From contig OZ287756.1 in the NCBI GenBank assembly GCA_965649765.1, forward strand, positions 63,364,001-63,428,000: a stretch of DNA of 64,000 bases, read 5' to 3'. Source of the DNA: Bispira polyomma (lineage: Eukaryota). The notes beneath the pieces are model-generated. The model had not been told where the DNA came from and ran no database searches. It worked only from the letters and a program-made list of their open reading frames with translations. Position 1 is the stretch's first letter; every line of letters starts with the position of its first letter. Shown piece by piece: positions 39,172 through 53,000 of the stretch. The position numbers and the translations under genes were made by a program.

Positions 39172-39729
39172 TCATTGAAGTCTGGGATCCATCCACCTCT
39201 GCAGGTCCGGCAGTACAGAAAGGAATAATGGAGTGGTCCTGGGCACGTCCACCTCAGTCAACTTCCACGGCATAGGCGTAACGGTCAATCCCGCCTGGAT
39301 TACAGAAACATCAGGCTCTGGTTTCTCGTCGAACAACTGGAGAAATCCATCCTCCGGTTCATCTCTCCACTCTGACAAACACTGCGTGTAAAACATATCA
39401 TCCTGAGATTCAGAGACCTCCAACCCAAAGGATTAATGCTACCAGCCGGAATCCATCTACCCGATCCACAAGAGTGCACCATCACTGGACTGAGAGGTAT
39501 ATCCGCATCTCTCTTCCTCTTCTGAAGTGGAATAGGATTCCCTAGACTTAACATCGGGTGTCTATCCTCAAAATGCTCCTGAAAAGATCCAATCCTAGAA
39601 GCAGGCAGTATGAAGCCACAGTCTGCCACAGAGCAGCGGTATTTCGGTCCATGGACCTCTTAAAGATGTGTTTCATCATCTTTTACGTTGTGAGTGACAA
39701 AGCCACACTTGATACACTTTTGAATAGCA
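39172..39729 (-). pseudogene. Accessory zinc-finger ORF3 (copy B)
   Basis: Identical to copy A. Confidence 0.72.
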
Positions 39730-39834
39730 CTGAAAATATACCGTCCATAAAGTAATCTTTAATGTCAGATAAGGTTTAACCCTTAAATAACATATACCTC
39801 TGTTTACAACCAGCAAGCTTTCACCCGAGCTGAC

Positions 39835-42800
39835 CTAAAAATCCTTTGTAAAACAACATTTTAGCTGAAAATCTTCAAGTCTTCTAGGAAGTCTAGTGTG
39901 CCATCCATAACGCGTCGTCCGTTGCACAACGACATCATCTGCACCACCTGAAAATGAATTGCCCTTTGTTTTACCAGGGAGCACAGTATTTACAGCAGGG
40001 TCCGTTTTACCAGAGTGCCCAATGTCATTAGTAGTATATCCTGTTTTACCAGGCTCACTATCAGTCACTTCATCCACTGAACCAACCGGCTCAGCCTCCG
40101 ACACCACATCACCTGGAAGTCCAACATCTGATACAATATCAATTAGCACACCACCCACAAGATCATCAACACCTGAACCCTGACCTTTTAACCAGCTATC
40201 TAACTTAGCAAATGAAGGTTTCAACCTATCATGATGAACATGTTTCTTTGCACCCCCAGGAGACTTCTGTATAGTGTAAATTAAGTCTGAAATCTTGCCA
40301 ACCACCAGAAAAGGACCAGTCCAAGGACAATGCAGTTTACCACTAGCTCCTACTTTCCTAGCTAGATTATGGAAATAAACACTGTCACCTACATGGTTAT
40401 TCTTAAAGTTCTGTCTAAAATCATAAGCCTTTTTCTGCTGACCACTGGCAAATAACATATTTTCCCTGGTCAAATCATGAATATAATGCACCCTATCCCT
40501 AAGGTCATTCACATAAGATGAACAAAGCTGGTGATCTGAAACTTCCACAGGGGGAGCACCTAAAACCAAATCAACTGGAAGTTGTACTTCCCTACCAAAG
40601 AGCATCTTGACCGGAGATTGGACTGTACTTTCGTGAACAGAAGATCTATATGCCAACATAGCAAGAGGCAATACTTCATCCCAATTCCTCTGTTTATCAT
40701 TCACAAGTTTGCTTAACATATCTCCCAATGTACAATTAAACCTTTCAACCAAGCCATCACTTTGTGGGTGATATGCAGTTATCCTTGTTTTTTTCAATAT
40801 CTAGTATCTTGCACAACTCCTGAAACAAGATTGACTCGAATTGGGACCCCTGGTCATTTTGTATCTGAGAAGGTACACCATACCTCGAAATAAAACCATG
40901 CAACAGAACCTCAGCTACAGTTTTAGCTTCCATGTCAGGAATAGCGAAAGCCTCCACCCACCTAGTGAAATAATCGCTTATAACGAGAATATACCTGTTA
41001 CCTCTGTCAGTTTTCGGAAGCCTACCAGTAATGTCCAAAGCTATCCTTTCAAAAGGAGACCCTACAACATACTGTTGCATTGGAGCCCTAGTTCTCCTAG
41101 CAGGAGACTTCTGCCTCTGACAGGCCTCATATTTCGAACACCAGCTTGAAATATCATCTTTATAACCTGTCCTGTAGAATCTTCTAATTCTTGCCATTGT
41201 TCGCTTAACACCTAAATGACCTGAGGTAGCCTGACTATGCATTTGAGACAACACTAACGACCTTAAACTCTCTGGAAGAATCAGTTGATAAGTAGGAGTT
41301 TTACTCCCAACTTCCCACCATTTTCTGTACAGTATCCCATCTTGCAATATCAGCCTTTCCCATTGCCACCAGTAGGTCTTGACCACACTCCTTTTATGTG
41401 AAATACTTCGCCACTCAGGTCTACCCTCACCACTCTCCTTCCAACCTTTGACTATACCTATATAAGGGTCTTGATGCTGGGCTTCCTGAATATCTGATGA
41501 GGTTTTACCCTCAATCCAATTTACCACTGCTTTTCTTCCCTCCATAGCCTTAATCTGCCTACAGGAACAAGCATTTCTCAACTCCTCTCCCTTTGTACCT
41601 TTGTCAACCTTGTCACAATAACTACAATCACTGCATGTTCTCCTTGATAAACCATCAGTATTTCCATGCAATTTACCCAGTCTATGTATCAACTCAAAGT
41701 TGTAACAACCCAGCAATTCATTCCACCTTCCCAATTGCCCCTCAAGATTCTTGAAATTCAAGACCCACCTTAATGAACCATGGTCACTCCTAATCAGGAA
41801 GGGAACCCCATAGAGATATGGATGGAAGTGCTTAATGGAGTCAACGACCGCCAGTAACACCCTACGGGTCACACAAAAAGATCTTTCACTTTTGGTCAAG
41901 GCTCTGCTGTAATACCCTATCACCTTGTCAGACTCATCTTGTGTTTGAGACAAGACAGCACCTAACCCAACACCACTGGCATCAGCGTCAAGAATAAAAG
42001 ATCCCCCAGGGTCCGGATAAGTCAATATCGGGGCTCTTGTAAGCAATTCCTTGAGTCTAGTAAAAGCATTTTGACAGTCAGAGTGCCATACAAACTTTAC
42101 AGCCTTCTCTGTAAGTCTATGCAATGGTTTAGCTATAGTAGAAAACCCCTTAATGAATTTCCTATAGTAGGAACAAAGCCCTAGGAAACTCCTTAATTCC
42201 TTAAGAGACTTAAGGAACTGGCCAACCAACTACTGCTTCAATCTTCTTAGGATCAGTTGAGATTCCCTTCTTTGATACTACATGCCCACGAAATGTGACC
42301 TCTTCTTGAAACAAGTCACACTTTTTAGGGGATAACTTCAATCCAGCAGCCATTAATCTATCAAATACCTTTGTAAGATTTTCAACATGTTCATCAAAAG
42401 TTGCACCCTTTACAATAATGTCATCAAGATAGATCAAACATATTTCTGGATTTCATCCCTTAAAGATCTTATCCATCAATCTCTCAAAATTTCCGGGGGC
42501 ATTTGTCAGACCAAAAGGCATAACACGAAATTGGAACAACCCACTTATGCTAGCAAAAGCTGTCTTTTCCCGATCCTTAGAGTCCATCTCGATTTGCCAA
42601 TATCCACTCTGTAAATCGAGAGTGGAGAACCATTTTGATTCCCTAAGAGCTTCCAGACAATCCTGAGGATGAGGCAATGGATAGGAATCTTTAAAAGAAA
42701 TATTGTTCAACTGCCTATAATCAATGCAGTACCTAATAAAGCCATCTTTCTTTCTCACCAAAACCACTGGTGAAGCCCAAGGACTACTAGATGGTTCTAT

Positions 42801-43834
42801 AACCCCACTTTGTAACATTTTTCCTACTTCCTCACGTTCTACTTGACGCTGAGGAAGGGGTAACCTTCGGGGTCTTTGTTTAATGGGTTTCTCATTACCT
42901 GTATCTACTTTATGTTGAACTAGATGGGTTATCTACCTATCTAGTTTTGACAGATTGGAATATGAAACTAGAAGTGACTGTACTAACTCCTGTTGAGTAG
43001 AGTTTAATATTTCCTTACACTCTTTAAAAACTGCTTCCAAATGTTCTGATAATTCCAAGCCTGCCTGTGATTTCTTCACTACATTAAACTTTTCCCCACT
43101 AGAAGGACCACATACCCTGTCTACCAGACAACAACGCCCCAACACAGTATCTTTGTATAACTGAATTGGACTCTCTGATGGATTCATAACTCTTTTCGGA
43201 ACTAAACCTTGACTAGGATCTACTAAAGCCCTAGCCATTACAATTCCCCTCTCTAGGCACCAATTTGATGTTTCGATTATAGCCTCTTTGGGTAAAGTTA
43301 TGTCCTCGTCCTGCGGCACATAGCCAGGGATAATCATCTCAGAATTCCCAGGAACCCTTATGTCCTCAGCTAGCTTAAGTCTAAACAGTGAATCTAACTT
43401 AGTTTCCAGAGTACAATGAACACTTTTGTCCCCCACAAATAAGGTCTGATTTGCTACATCAATCAAACATTGGTTGCTACACAAGAAGTCATTACCCAGA
43501 ATCACTGGCTCATTGGTTTCTACAACAACAAAATTCTGATACAAGACACCTGCGGTAGTCTTAAGTGGCAGTTTTACCTGCCCCTGAGGTCTTAAAGCTT
43601 CACCATTAGCCAACACTATAGCTTTGTCCAACTCAACTAAAGGTGGTTTCTGGTCAAACGGAATGCAATAGTATTTCTTGGGATGCAGTATAGACCTTGT
43701 AGCCCCAGTATCAATCAAACAATTTACATTTGCTCCAAATAACCTAGCCTTCAAATATAAACCATCTTCACTAACTGATCTTTGCGGCCCTTTCACCCTT
43801 TCAGCTGAGATACGGACCTCTATTCCAGCTGGAT
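39835..43834 (-). pseudogene. pol: pol, copy B (same frameshifts as copy A)
   Basis: ORF track nearly identical to copy A. Confidence 0.95.
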
Positions 43835-45236
43835 CTAGTTTAAATGAGTCCCAACACCAAGCGAAGACTTACATTTGCCACAATCAATCATGAAATGTCC
43901 CTTAACTCCACAAAAGACGCATATTGAAGAAGAAGGCTACCTTTCCGGCCTGTAGCTCCAACAATTTGACAAGGTATGACCCTTCTTCCCACAAAAATCA
44001 CAACTAATATTACCTTTAGTCCTTTTTACTGTGCCTGTTTTACCAGACCCAACTAATGGACAATGGACCTTAAAATGTCCTATCTCACCACAGAGGAAAC
44101 AACCCTTGGACTTATTACCAAATCCACTTCCATGGCCCTTCCCCTGAGTCTCAACTGTGCTAGCCTTAGAAACCCTCAAACCTTCCAAATCCCTTCCCAT
44201 CTGAGAGACTTCACATTGATCAACCCCTTCATGTGTAGATATCTCAGATTGCATACAACCCCTAACAACAGCTTGTAGTTTCCTTTGCCAGGTAACTTGG
44301 AAAGCCTCATATTCAACAGCGACATTTACAGCTTCCAAGAGTTTTGCGCTTACTTTGGAATACTGCCATTTCTAAGTCTCTATTAGTCAGTGCCTCAATA
44401 AAATTATCTTTGGCCATCCCATCCCTTAAAGAACTAGGCAACTCGATAAAGGCATTTCGGACAAGGCGACTTACATCTTGTGCCAACTCTGGAATAGATT
44501 CACCACTTTTCCTTAGCCTACCCTTCAATTAAGCCTTCTGTAATTGCTTCTGATTTTCTGGTTGAAACCTATTGCATAGAACCTTTAACAAAGTAGGATA
44601 ATGTACTCTCTCATGACTCTTGAGGTCACTTAAAACAGCAACAGCTGTTCCCCTAAGACAAGCTGCTAACTCCAAAGCCATCGTTTGCAAATCCCACCCA
44701 GCCAACTGAGCTATCGGTTGGAATTGCACCAAAAAATCTTTAAAACTTGCATCTCCGTTGAAAAATGGAGCCTTTAGATTTTTATGAGCCTGCACTGACC
44801 TACCATCAGACCTTGGCGCCTCAAAATCTCTATAGCCTGCCAATAATGGATCTGGAGAATATGTGCCTTCAGCCCTATCTCTACCATCTACTGGTCGATA
44901 CCCTGGTGTGGAATTATAGCTCATTAAAGGATAAATATGTCTCCTCTCTCCTGATAGACCATAACCATCCCTGCCATAATACTCTTCCCCTATGGAATCT
45001 ATTGGAGCTCCGTGTCTAGAGGTGTTCCCTGCATAACCCCTATCATTTTCAAACTCAGTTCTTCTGGGAGTTTTACCTCCTGCAGCTTCTCGGTGACACC
45101 TCTGATGGTAAAAATCAGAAAATGGGGTATATCCCTCCCCGTCTGCATTATGCCTTAGGTTTCTGCCCTGTGCAGAATAACTGGGCCCTTTACCCCTACC
45201 TGGAGAATCCTTGTGATGACCTCTACTAGCGGTATC
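43835..45236 (-). pseudogene. gag: gag, copy B (disrupted); start approximate
   Basis: Copy A + 7756; lacks one of the copy A stops (CGA at 44459 versus TGA at 36703). Confidence 0.88.
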
Positions 45237-45877
45237 CCTAACTTATAACTTCAAAACTACTACCAAGTATGACCTTAACCCTAACCTTACTGTCAAATTT
45301 CACCTCAACAAAGGTCTTACAGTCAAGTTTTACCTCAACAAAGACCTTACTGCCAAGTTTTACCTTAACAAAAAGACTAACTGTTAAGTTTTACCTCAAC
45401 AGAAAACTTACTGTCAAGTTTTACCCCGACAGAGACCTTACTATCAAGTTTTACTTCAATACAAAGACTTACTGTTAAGTTTTAGCTCAACAGATACCTT
45501 ACTGTCAAGTTTTACCTTAACAGAACTGCAACATATCTGAAATAAAACTTACATTAAGTTTAAATTCTGCTAAGTTTCATCTCAACAGACATTAAAATTA
45601 AAACAAAAACAAAAAAAATATCTGTCAAGTTTAACCTCAACAGTACTACAACATATCAAAAAAAAAACAACAACCAAAAAAACAAAAACAAAATCTGTCA
45701 AGTTTAACAACCTTACAGGACTGCAAAATATCTGAAAATTAAACAAATCTGCAAAAGCTTAAGTTTTTAAAATATTATTCTTATCAACTAAATATCCATA
45801 AAGTTTTACCTTCACAGAACTTTACCCTTGGATGAACCAAGTTTTACCTTGATCAATCCCACCACTGTTACCAAATT

Positions 45878-46532
45878 TTTAACGCTCCGAGCCAAATTAT
45901 ATATATTATCAATTTCTAGAAAAGGAAAGAGTAAACCAAATATATATTTATTCGATGTCAAACATATTTACATTGATCAAACTTATTTACATTGATGTGC
46001 TGTTTAACCAGCAATGCTGGGGCTGTCTGAGAATCAAGAAATTACATCTAACATATCTACTAAGCTAAATATCAATACCTAGAAAACACTAGAAAATAAA
46101 TATGTGGGTTTCACCCCAACATCCTAATACCTCATGATTCCTCCTGTTGTTGACTACTACTTGTTTTCCTTCAACCAGAACAGCGAATATGCTGAGGAGT
46201 GCAGGCCTTTATATACCAAAACCCCAGTCAGAACAGAACAACTCAAATTACCTCACATTCCCAGCCCCCCTATTGGTTTAGAGATTTAGTATGTGCCCCA
46301 ATTTTGAAGTAACAACTTCCTGCTTCACAAAGCATGTACACCACCTAGAAACTATCACGTATGCAAACATACTGCACAAATGTGGCAAGGGAAAGTAAAG
46401 TTACATATAAGAAAACGAACAAAGGTTAGTATTTAATCAAATAATCTTAATAACCCCCTAATACGTAATTTAACACAACAAGACCGTATCGGTCCGTTAT
46501 TGCGTAACCGCTTCACTAACGTAACCGCTTCA
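45878..46532 (-). repeat. LTR3 (5' LTR, 655 bp)
   Basis: Ends CGCTTCA followed by the TSD; adjacent to PBS. Confidence 0.92.
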
Positions 46533-47013
46533 ACTGTACATATTTCAGCCGTTTCACAACGAATTTTGAAGGAAAAAACACAGTAATAACAATAAAATAA
46601 GAGCTTTCACAGAAAGTGAGTTAAACCCCAAACAAAAAGAAATGAGTTTCAAAAATTTCATTATTACAGAAATTGTGGTCTCTATGGTTTAGCACTTGGT
46701 GTGTTTGAGTTTGAATCAGAAGCTCCTATAGGGTCCTAGGTTAGATCAACACTGCATGCCTGGAGATTGTATCTTTGGACAAGGTTCTTCACACAAAGTT
46801 GTCTCTACCCAGGTGGATGGGTACCTAGGCCGCTAATATGTGTTAGTCTTTGTGTGCCGTGTGTGGCAGCACAGTTTACACTGAACAATTGGTTGGCAAG
46901 TAGAATAACCCAAGCTGGGGTAATGAATGTCAAAGCGCATTAGATTAGAGTAATGATCATCAGTGCGCTCTATTAAATGATAATGATTTATTATAATACA
47001 GATAATCAGATAA

Positions 47014-50000
47014 TCAGTTCAACAAAATAATGGCTTTTTATATATATCTTAGAAGTATTCACATGCATACTAGTATATAAAACAGTACGGATCACGTATA
47101 CATACAATTAATCGTGATTTGTGCGATTTTGTGACGTATTGTCTATATGGAAAGCAAATGAAATTTGATCTTTTCTTTAGTTTAGCTATGTATAATTTTG
47201 GGGAAACAATGGTTAAACAAAAACTAATTTTTAAAATTGGTAGCTAAAGTACACATTTGCTTCCTACCTCTTCTAAAGTGGGTTTGAATTTTGACCATGG
47301 CATGTATGTGGGAAAATTGACAGCAGACTTGCAGGAAGCTCGTAGTTTACCGAGATCAAAAACCACGAACGACTGTCCTTTACAAGGAATATCCTGAAAT
47401 ACATACCTTTCATGTAATAACTGTTTTACTTTCCTTCTTTCAATGCATTTCCATATTATTTTATACCAACCTTCTTCATTGATTCCTCTCCCTTCTTTGG
47501 GGGTCACCAGGTGCGACTGTCCCGCAAGGACCTGCTGGACTTTGGCACTGTAGTCCTCTGGCAGAACCCCCTCCTGACCGTTGGCCACCAGGCCTTCTTC
47601 AGGATCACAGACTCCATTGACTGTTTCCAGGTAGAGGCTATATATAGAAGTGTTATTGATTCACAAGGTTTAATATAGTAGAACCTCTATTGTCCAAATA
47701 TGGTCTCCTTGTCAGTCTTCGCACTAAGACAAGCATTACAGGCTTCAGGAAAAAAAAGAACTTTATCAACTCGTTTTCCGCCTTAATATTCGATGACGCT
47801 CTGAGCATGTCAATACAAGGTATCACATACAACAATAATGTCAGATTAAAATTGTTTGTGAAATTCTGAGGTTTCCATAAATAGGGGCCTCTGATGAATA
47901 TAAACTCTGGCCTAAATGCTGGAACTTCCTTAAGGCTGGTGGTTACAATAGCTGAAAACGTATCACTAACTTATCCTGTTCTTATGTCCACCAACAGCCA
48001 ACTGTCTGTCTTGAGTGATATGACACAAAATATGTTGAGAGTTGTATTATATATTTTCGACTCATCTTATTGGTGTGAGTTATCTTCTAAAGCCCAACAA
48101 CTGTATTAATAAACCAATCATGTGTCCTACAACATAGCCTGGGTCGTCATCAGTATGCAATGGTGTGTTCACATCTTGCCTAGGGATGTTATCCTACCAA
48201 TTAACATTGTGTCGTCAGCAGGGGTTTGACCGGGACTTCCAATCACTAGACCAACTGGCAATTGAACCATGGGCCTTCTGATCACCAGACCATCTCCCTA
48301 ACCACTAGGCCACAGAATACCACACAGAAAGTGGGTTAAACCCAAAACAAAAATACATGAGTTTCAATTCAAAGATTTCATTCTTACAGAAATTGTGGTC
48401 TCTATGGTTTAGCATTTGGTGAGTTTGAGTTTGAATTAGAAGTTCCCATAGGGTCCTAGGTTAGATCATCACTGCATGCCTGGAGATTGTGTCTTTGGAC
48501 AAGGTTCTTCACACAAAGTTGTTTCTCTCTACCCAGGTGTGTGGGTACCTAGGCCACTGATAGGTGTTAGTTTTTTGTGCGCCGTATGTGGCAGCACAGC
48601 TTGTATGCTTCCTGAGGAAGTTTACACTGAACAATTGGTTGGCAAGTAGAAGAACCCAAGCTGGGGTAATAAATGTCAAAGCGCATTAGATAAGAGTGAT
48701 GATCATCAGTGTGCTCTATTAAATGATTTATTATAATGCAGATAATCAGTTTGTGTTTTACTAGGCTGGTAATGCTTACACCATTGAGTGGGTGGCTGAT
48801 AACTTCCCTGTAGCTGAGAAGAAAGACCACGACCAAGTGCTATGGTAGTGTGTGTATGTAACAATTATAGTGTTATGACAGAGAAGGAGCAAGTTGGCAC
48901 AGAGTTTTAGAATATATATATATATTGTGACATTGCAATGTAAAAATCTGCAATAAAATCCTTACTTCATTCGGTAGTTTCTTTTTTTCCCAAACTGTAA
49001 AAATGTTTCATGTACATATATATTGAATGCTATGTGAGAGTATGTTTGTTACTCACTGCATTGAGTGTGCATTTGTAAGAAAATCCAATAACTGAGGTAT
49101 ACTTGACAATACTGCAGTTTAACTGCATATAAAATTCTTAACATATTCTAAAATGCTTCTATTCATCATCACTATTACTCTACTAAGCAAATAATAAATG
49201 TTTCAGAATCAGTAGATATATATACAACTTGTGCAAATCTGACTCAATTCTCAAAAAATGCTGATATATGAACTGAATATGTTTGCTACTTAAAGGGCCC
49301 AGGAACTCCAAAACACAAATTACACCTGATTCTCTCAGATATTGTAGTGTAAATACACCACACATAAAATGCTGAAATTGTGTGTGTGTTGAGAAATTCC
49401 TACTTGTTCACTCACTTTATACAGATTTGACCCCAGATTTGTTAAAACTACATCACATGCTAAAGTCAGTTTTCTACACAAACACAGATGTGTGTATTTT
49501 CTCTACTATTCTGTACTCTGCTGCAGTACATGTATGATTACTTTGTTCAAAATTTTAAGTTGTAGTTTTTGTGAATTTTGTATGCTGCTTGTAATAGGAT
49601 TCACCATATTCCATGTACCACATAGAATTCATTCTTATCAACCTAAAGTATGTCTACAATACATTGTATATATTATTTAATCTGTGTACATGTAATTTTT
49701 GTTCACTTTGATATCAAAAAATAAATCATCTGTTCAGTATATTAATAATCTAATCATAACTAATGTTTTACTGATTAGTGAAAGTTATCTCCATTAAGCT
49801 TAGTTTGTTTGTAATGGGCCTCATGTAAAGTCTAGACTTTATTTAATGCTTCACTGATTTCTTGGTAGAAGTATTAACCATTTGAAGCATCCATCAACCA
49901 CAAGAACCTGTTTAATATATCAATAATATTTTAAAACAGATGTATGTACTTTAGACATATAGGAAAAAATGACTTTTTTTGTGAATTGGTATGATAAATA

Positions 50001-53000
50001 CGATTAATAAAATGTGCAAAGAACTTGTTTGGCTATTTCTGATTATTTAGAATGATAAAATTATTTTCTTCAAACATGCCTGCTTGTTATAGCCACAAAC
50101 TGTGGTAATACATAGGCATTGGGTCCCTTTATGAATTTCCTTCCAAAGATAAGGATCCAGATTGATATAATGGATGTGCCAGGTAAAAGGCACAAGAAAC
50201 AAGTGGAATTCCCGCACAAAGGTGGATTGACTTCACTGCGTTACTAAAGGCAATATGAGTAACAAGGTAGGAGGGCTGTTGATAGACAAGTCTAGGTTAT
50301 TTCCCTATACAGTAGTAACAGATAGCCTTAATTTGATTTGACAGTGTTTCTAATGATCTAAACTCTACTGACGGCATATTCCATAGCTGTATTCCATAAC
50401 ATAAGGGGTAGCACAAGATAAAGTCCTAGATGCACCCTATTAGTCATACGATATTTTACACCGCCATGAAATTTTTCTCTCTTCTATCATCTCATAGCAT
50501 CATGCAAATGATACAACAGCATGTGAGTATCTTGTCATTGTAAGCCTACGCTTCCTTTCAGCACATTCCGACGTCGGCCGATTTGAAGTTGTCCGATCTG
50601 ATCCTACGTCGGCCGATGTTGTGCTTCTTTTCATAAGATATACACTCAAAATTCATCGGATGGTGACTTAAAAAATGGCAAAAAAATGTTTCCTTCATCT
50701 GATTTTATGAGATTAATATATCCAGATTTATAATGTCTATTACAAGTAGATATTTGCAGGTAGTTTATGTATGACACAATTCAAGTTGATACTTTAAATG
50801 GAAAAAGCTATGTGTATAATAGAAATCTGAAAATTCTTGTCAATTTCATATTTGGTCATCTTTGAAGTGAGAAAACTTTGTGCGGGAATTCCACTTGTTT
50901 CTTGCGCCTTTTACCTGGCACATCCATTATATCAATCTGGATCCTTATCTTTGGAAGGAAATTCATAAAGGGACCCAATGTCTATGTATTACCACAGTTT
51001 GCGGCTACAACAAGCAGGCATGTTTGAAGAAAATAATTTTATCATTCTAAATAATCAGAAATAGCCAAACAAGTTCTTCACACATTTTATTAATCGTATT
51101 TATCATACATATTCACAAAAAAGTCATTATTTCCTATATGTCTAAAGTACATACATCTGTTTTAAAATATTATTGATATATTAAACAGGTTTTTGTGGTT
51201 GATGGGTGCTTTAAATTGTTAATACTTCTACCAAGAAATAAGTGAGCATTAAATAAAGTCTTGACTTTTACATGAGGCCCATTACAAACAAACTAAGCTA
51301 AATGGAGATAACTTTCACTAATCAGTAAAACATTAGTCATGATTAGATTATTAATATACTGAACAGATGATTTATTTTTTGATATCAAAGTGAACAAAAA
51401 TTACATGTACACAGATAAAATAATAAATACAATGTATTGTAGACATACTCTAGGTTGATAAGAATGAATCCTATGTGGTACATGGCATATGGTGAATCCT
51501 ATTACAAGCAGCATACAAAATTCACAAAAACTACAACTTAAAATTTTGAACAAAGTAATCATACATGTACTACAGCAGAGTACAGAATAGTAGAGAAAAT
51601 ATACACATCTGTGTTTGTGTAGAAAACTGACTTTAGCATGTGATGTAGTTTTAACAAATCTGGGGTCAAATCTGTATAAAGTGGAGTTCAAGCAGTGAGT
51701 GAACAAGTAGGAATTTCTCAACACACACACAATTTCAGCATTTTATGTGTGGTGTATTTACACTACAATATCTGAGAGAATCAGAAGGTGTAATTTGTGT
51801 TTTAGAGTTCCTGGGCCCTTTAAGTAGCAAGCATGTTCAGTTCATATATCAGCATTTTTTGAGAATTGAGTCAGATTTGCACAAGTTGTATATATATTTA
51901 CTGATTCTGAAACATTTATTATTTGCTTAGTAGAGTAATAGTGATGATGAATAGAAGCATTTTAGAATATGTTAAGCATTTTATATGCAGTTAAAATGCA
52001 GTATTGTCAAGTATACCTCAGTTATTGAATTTTCTTACAAATGCACACTCAGTGCAGTGAATAACAAACATACTCTCACATAGCATCCAATATATATGTG
52101 CATGAAACATTTTTACAGTTTGGGAAAAAAAGAAACTACCGAATGAAGTAAGGATTTTATTGCAGATTTTTGCTTTCCAACGTCACAATATATATATATA
52201 TTCTAAACCTCTGTGCCAACTTGCGCCTTCTCTGTTATATATAACACTATCTATGTTATATACACACACTACCATAGCACTTGGTCGTGGTCTTTCTTCT
52301 CAGCTACAGGGAAGTTATCAGCCGCCCACTCAATGGTGTAAGCATTACCAGCCTAGTAAAACACAAACTGATTATCTGCATTATAATAAATCATTTAATA
52401 GAGCGCACTGATGATCATCACTCTTATCTAATGCGCTTTGACATTTATTACCCCAGCTTGGGTTCTTCTACTTGCCAACCAATTGTTCAGTGTAAACTTC
52501 CTCAGGAAGCATACTAGCTGTGCTGCCACATACGGCGCACAAAAAACTAACACCTATCAGTGGCCTAGGTACCCACACACCTGGGTAGAGAGAAACAACT
52601 TTGTGTGAAGAACCTTGTCCAAAGACACAATCTCCAGGCAAGCAGTGATGATCTAACCTAGGACCCTATGGGAACTTCTAATTCAAACTCAAACTCACCA
52701 AATGCTAAACCATAGAGACCACAATTTCTGTAAGAATGAAATCTTTGAATTGAAACTCATGTATTTTTGTTTTGGGTTTAACTCACTTTCTGTGTGGTAT
52801 TCTGTGGCCTAGTGGTTAGGGAGATGGTCTGGTGATCAGAAGGCCCATGGTTTAATTGCCAGTTGGTGTAGTGATTAGAAGTCCCAGTCAAACCCCTGCT
52901 GACGACACAATGTTAATTGGTAGGATAACATCCCTAGGCAAGATGTGAACACACCATTGCATACTGATGATGACCCAGGCTATGTTGTAGGACACATGAT

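Larger units (their letters stand above)
30395..46532 (-). mobile_element. Tandem dimer of a defective Ty3/Gypsy LTR retrotransposon (LTR-internal-LTR-internal-LTR)
   Basis: 7756-bp period; outer ends TG...CA; ACTG direct repeats at 30391-30394 and 46533-46536; gag-PR-RT-RH-IN order. Confidence 0.96.

Noticed and set aside
47244-47588. 114-aa ORF and its mirror at 53609-53872 as a gene
   Set aside because: Antisense to a better exon (47511-47630). A CAG/TAG difference between arms breaks this frame but is synonymous in the opposite-strand exon.
51671-52274. Selenocysteine reading of the junction-spanning TGA in the cryptic gene
   Set aside because: Other lesions (TAA, second TGA, phase break at 54484) fit pseudogene decay better, and I saw no SECIS element.
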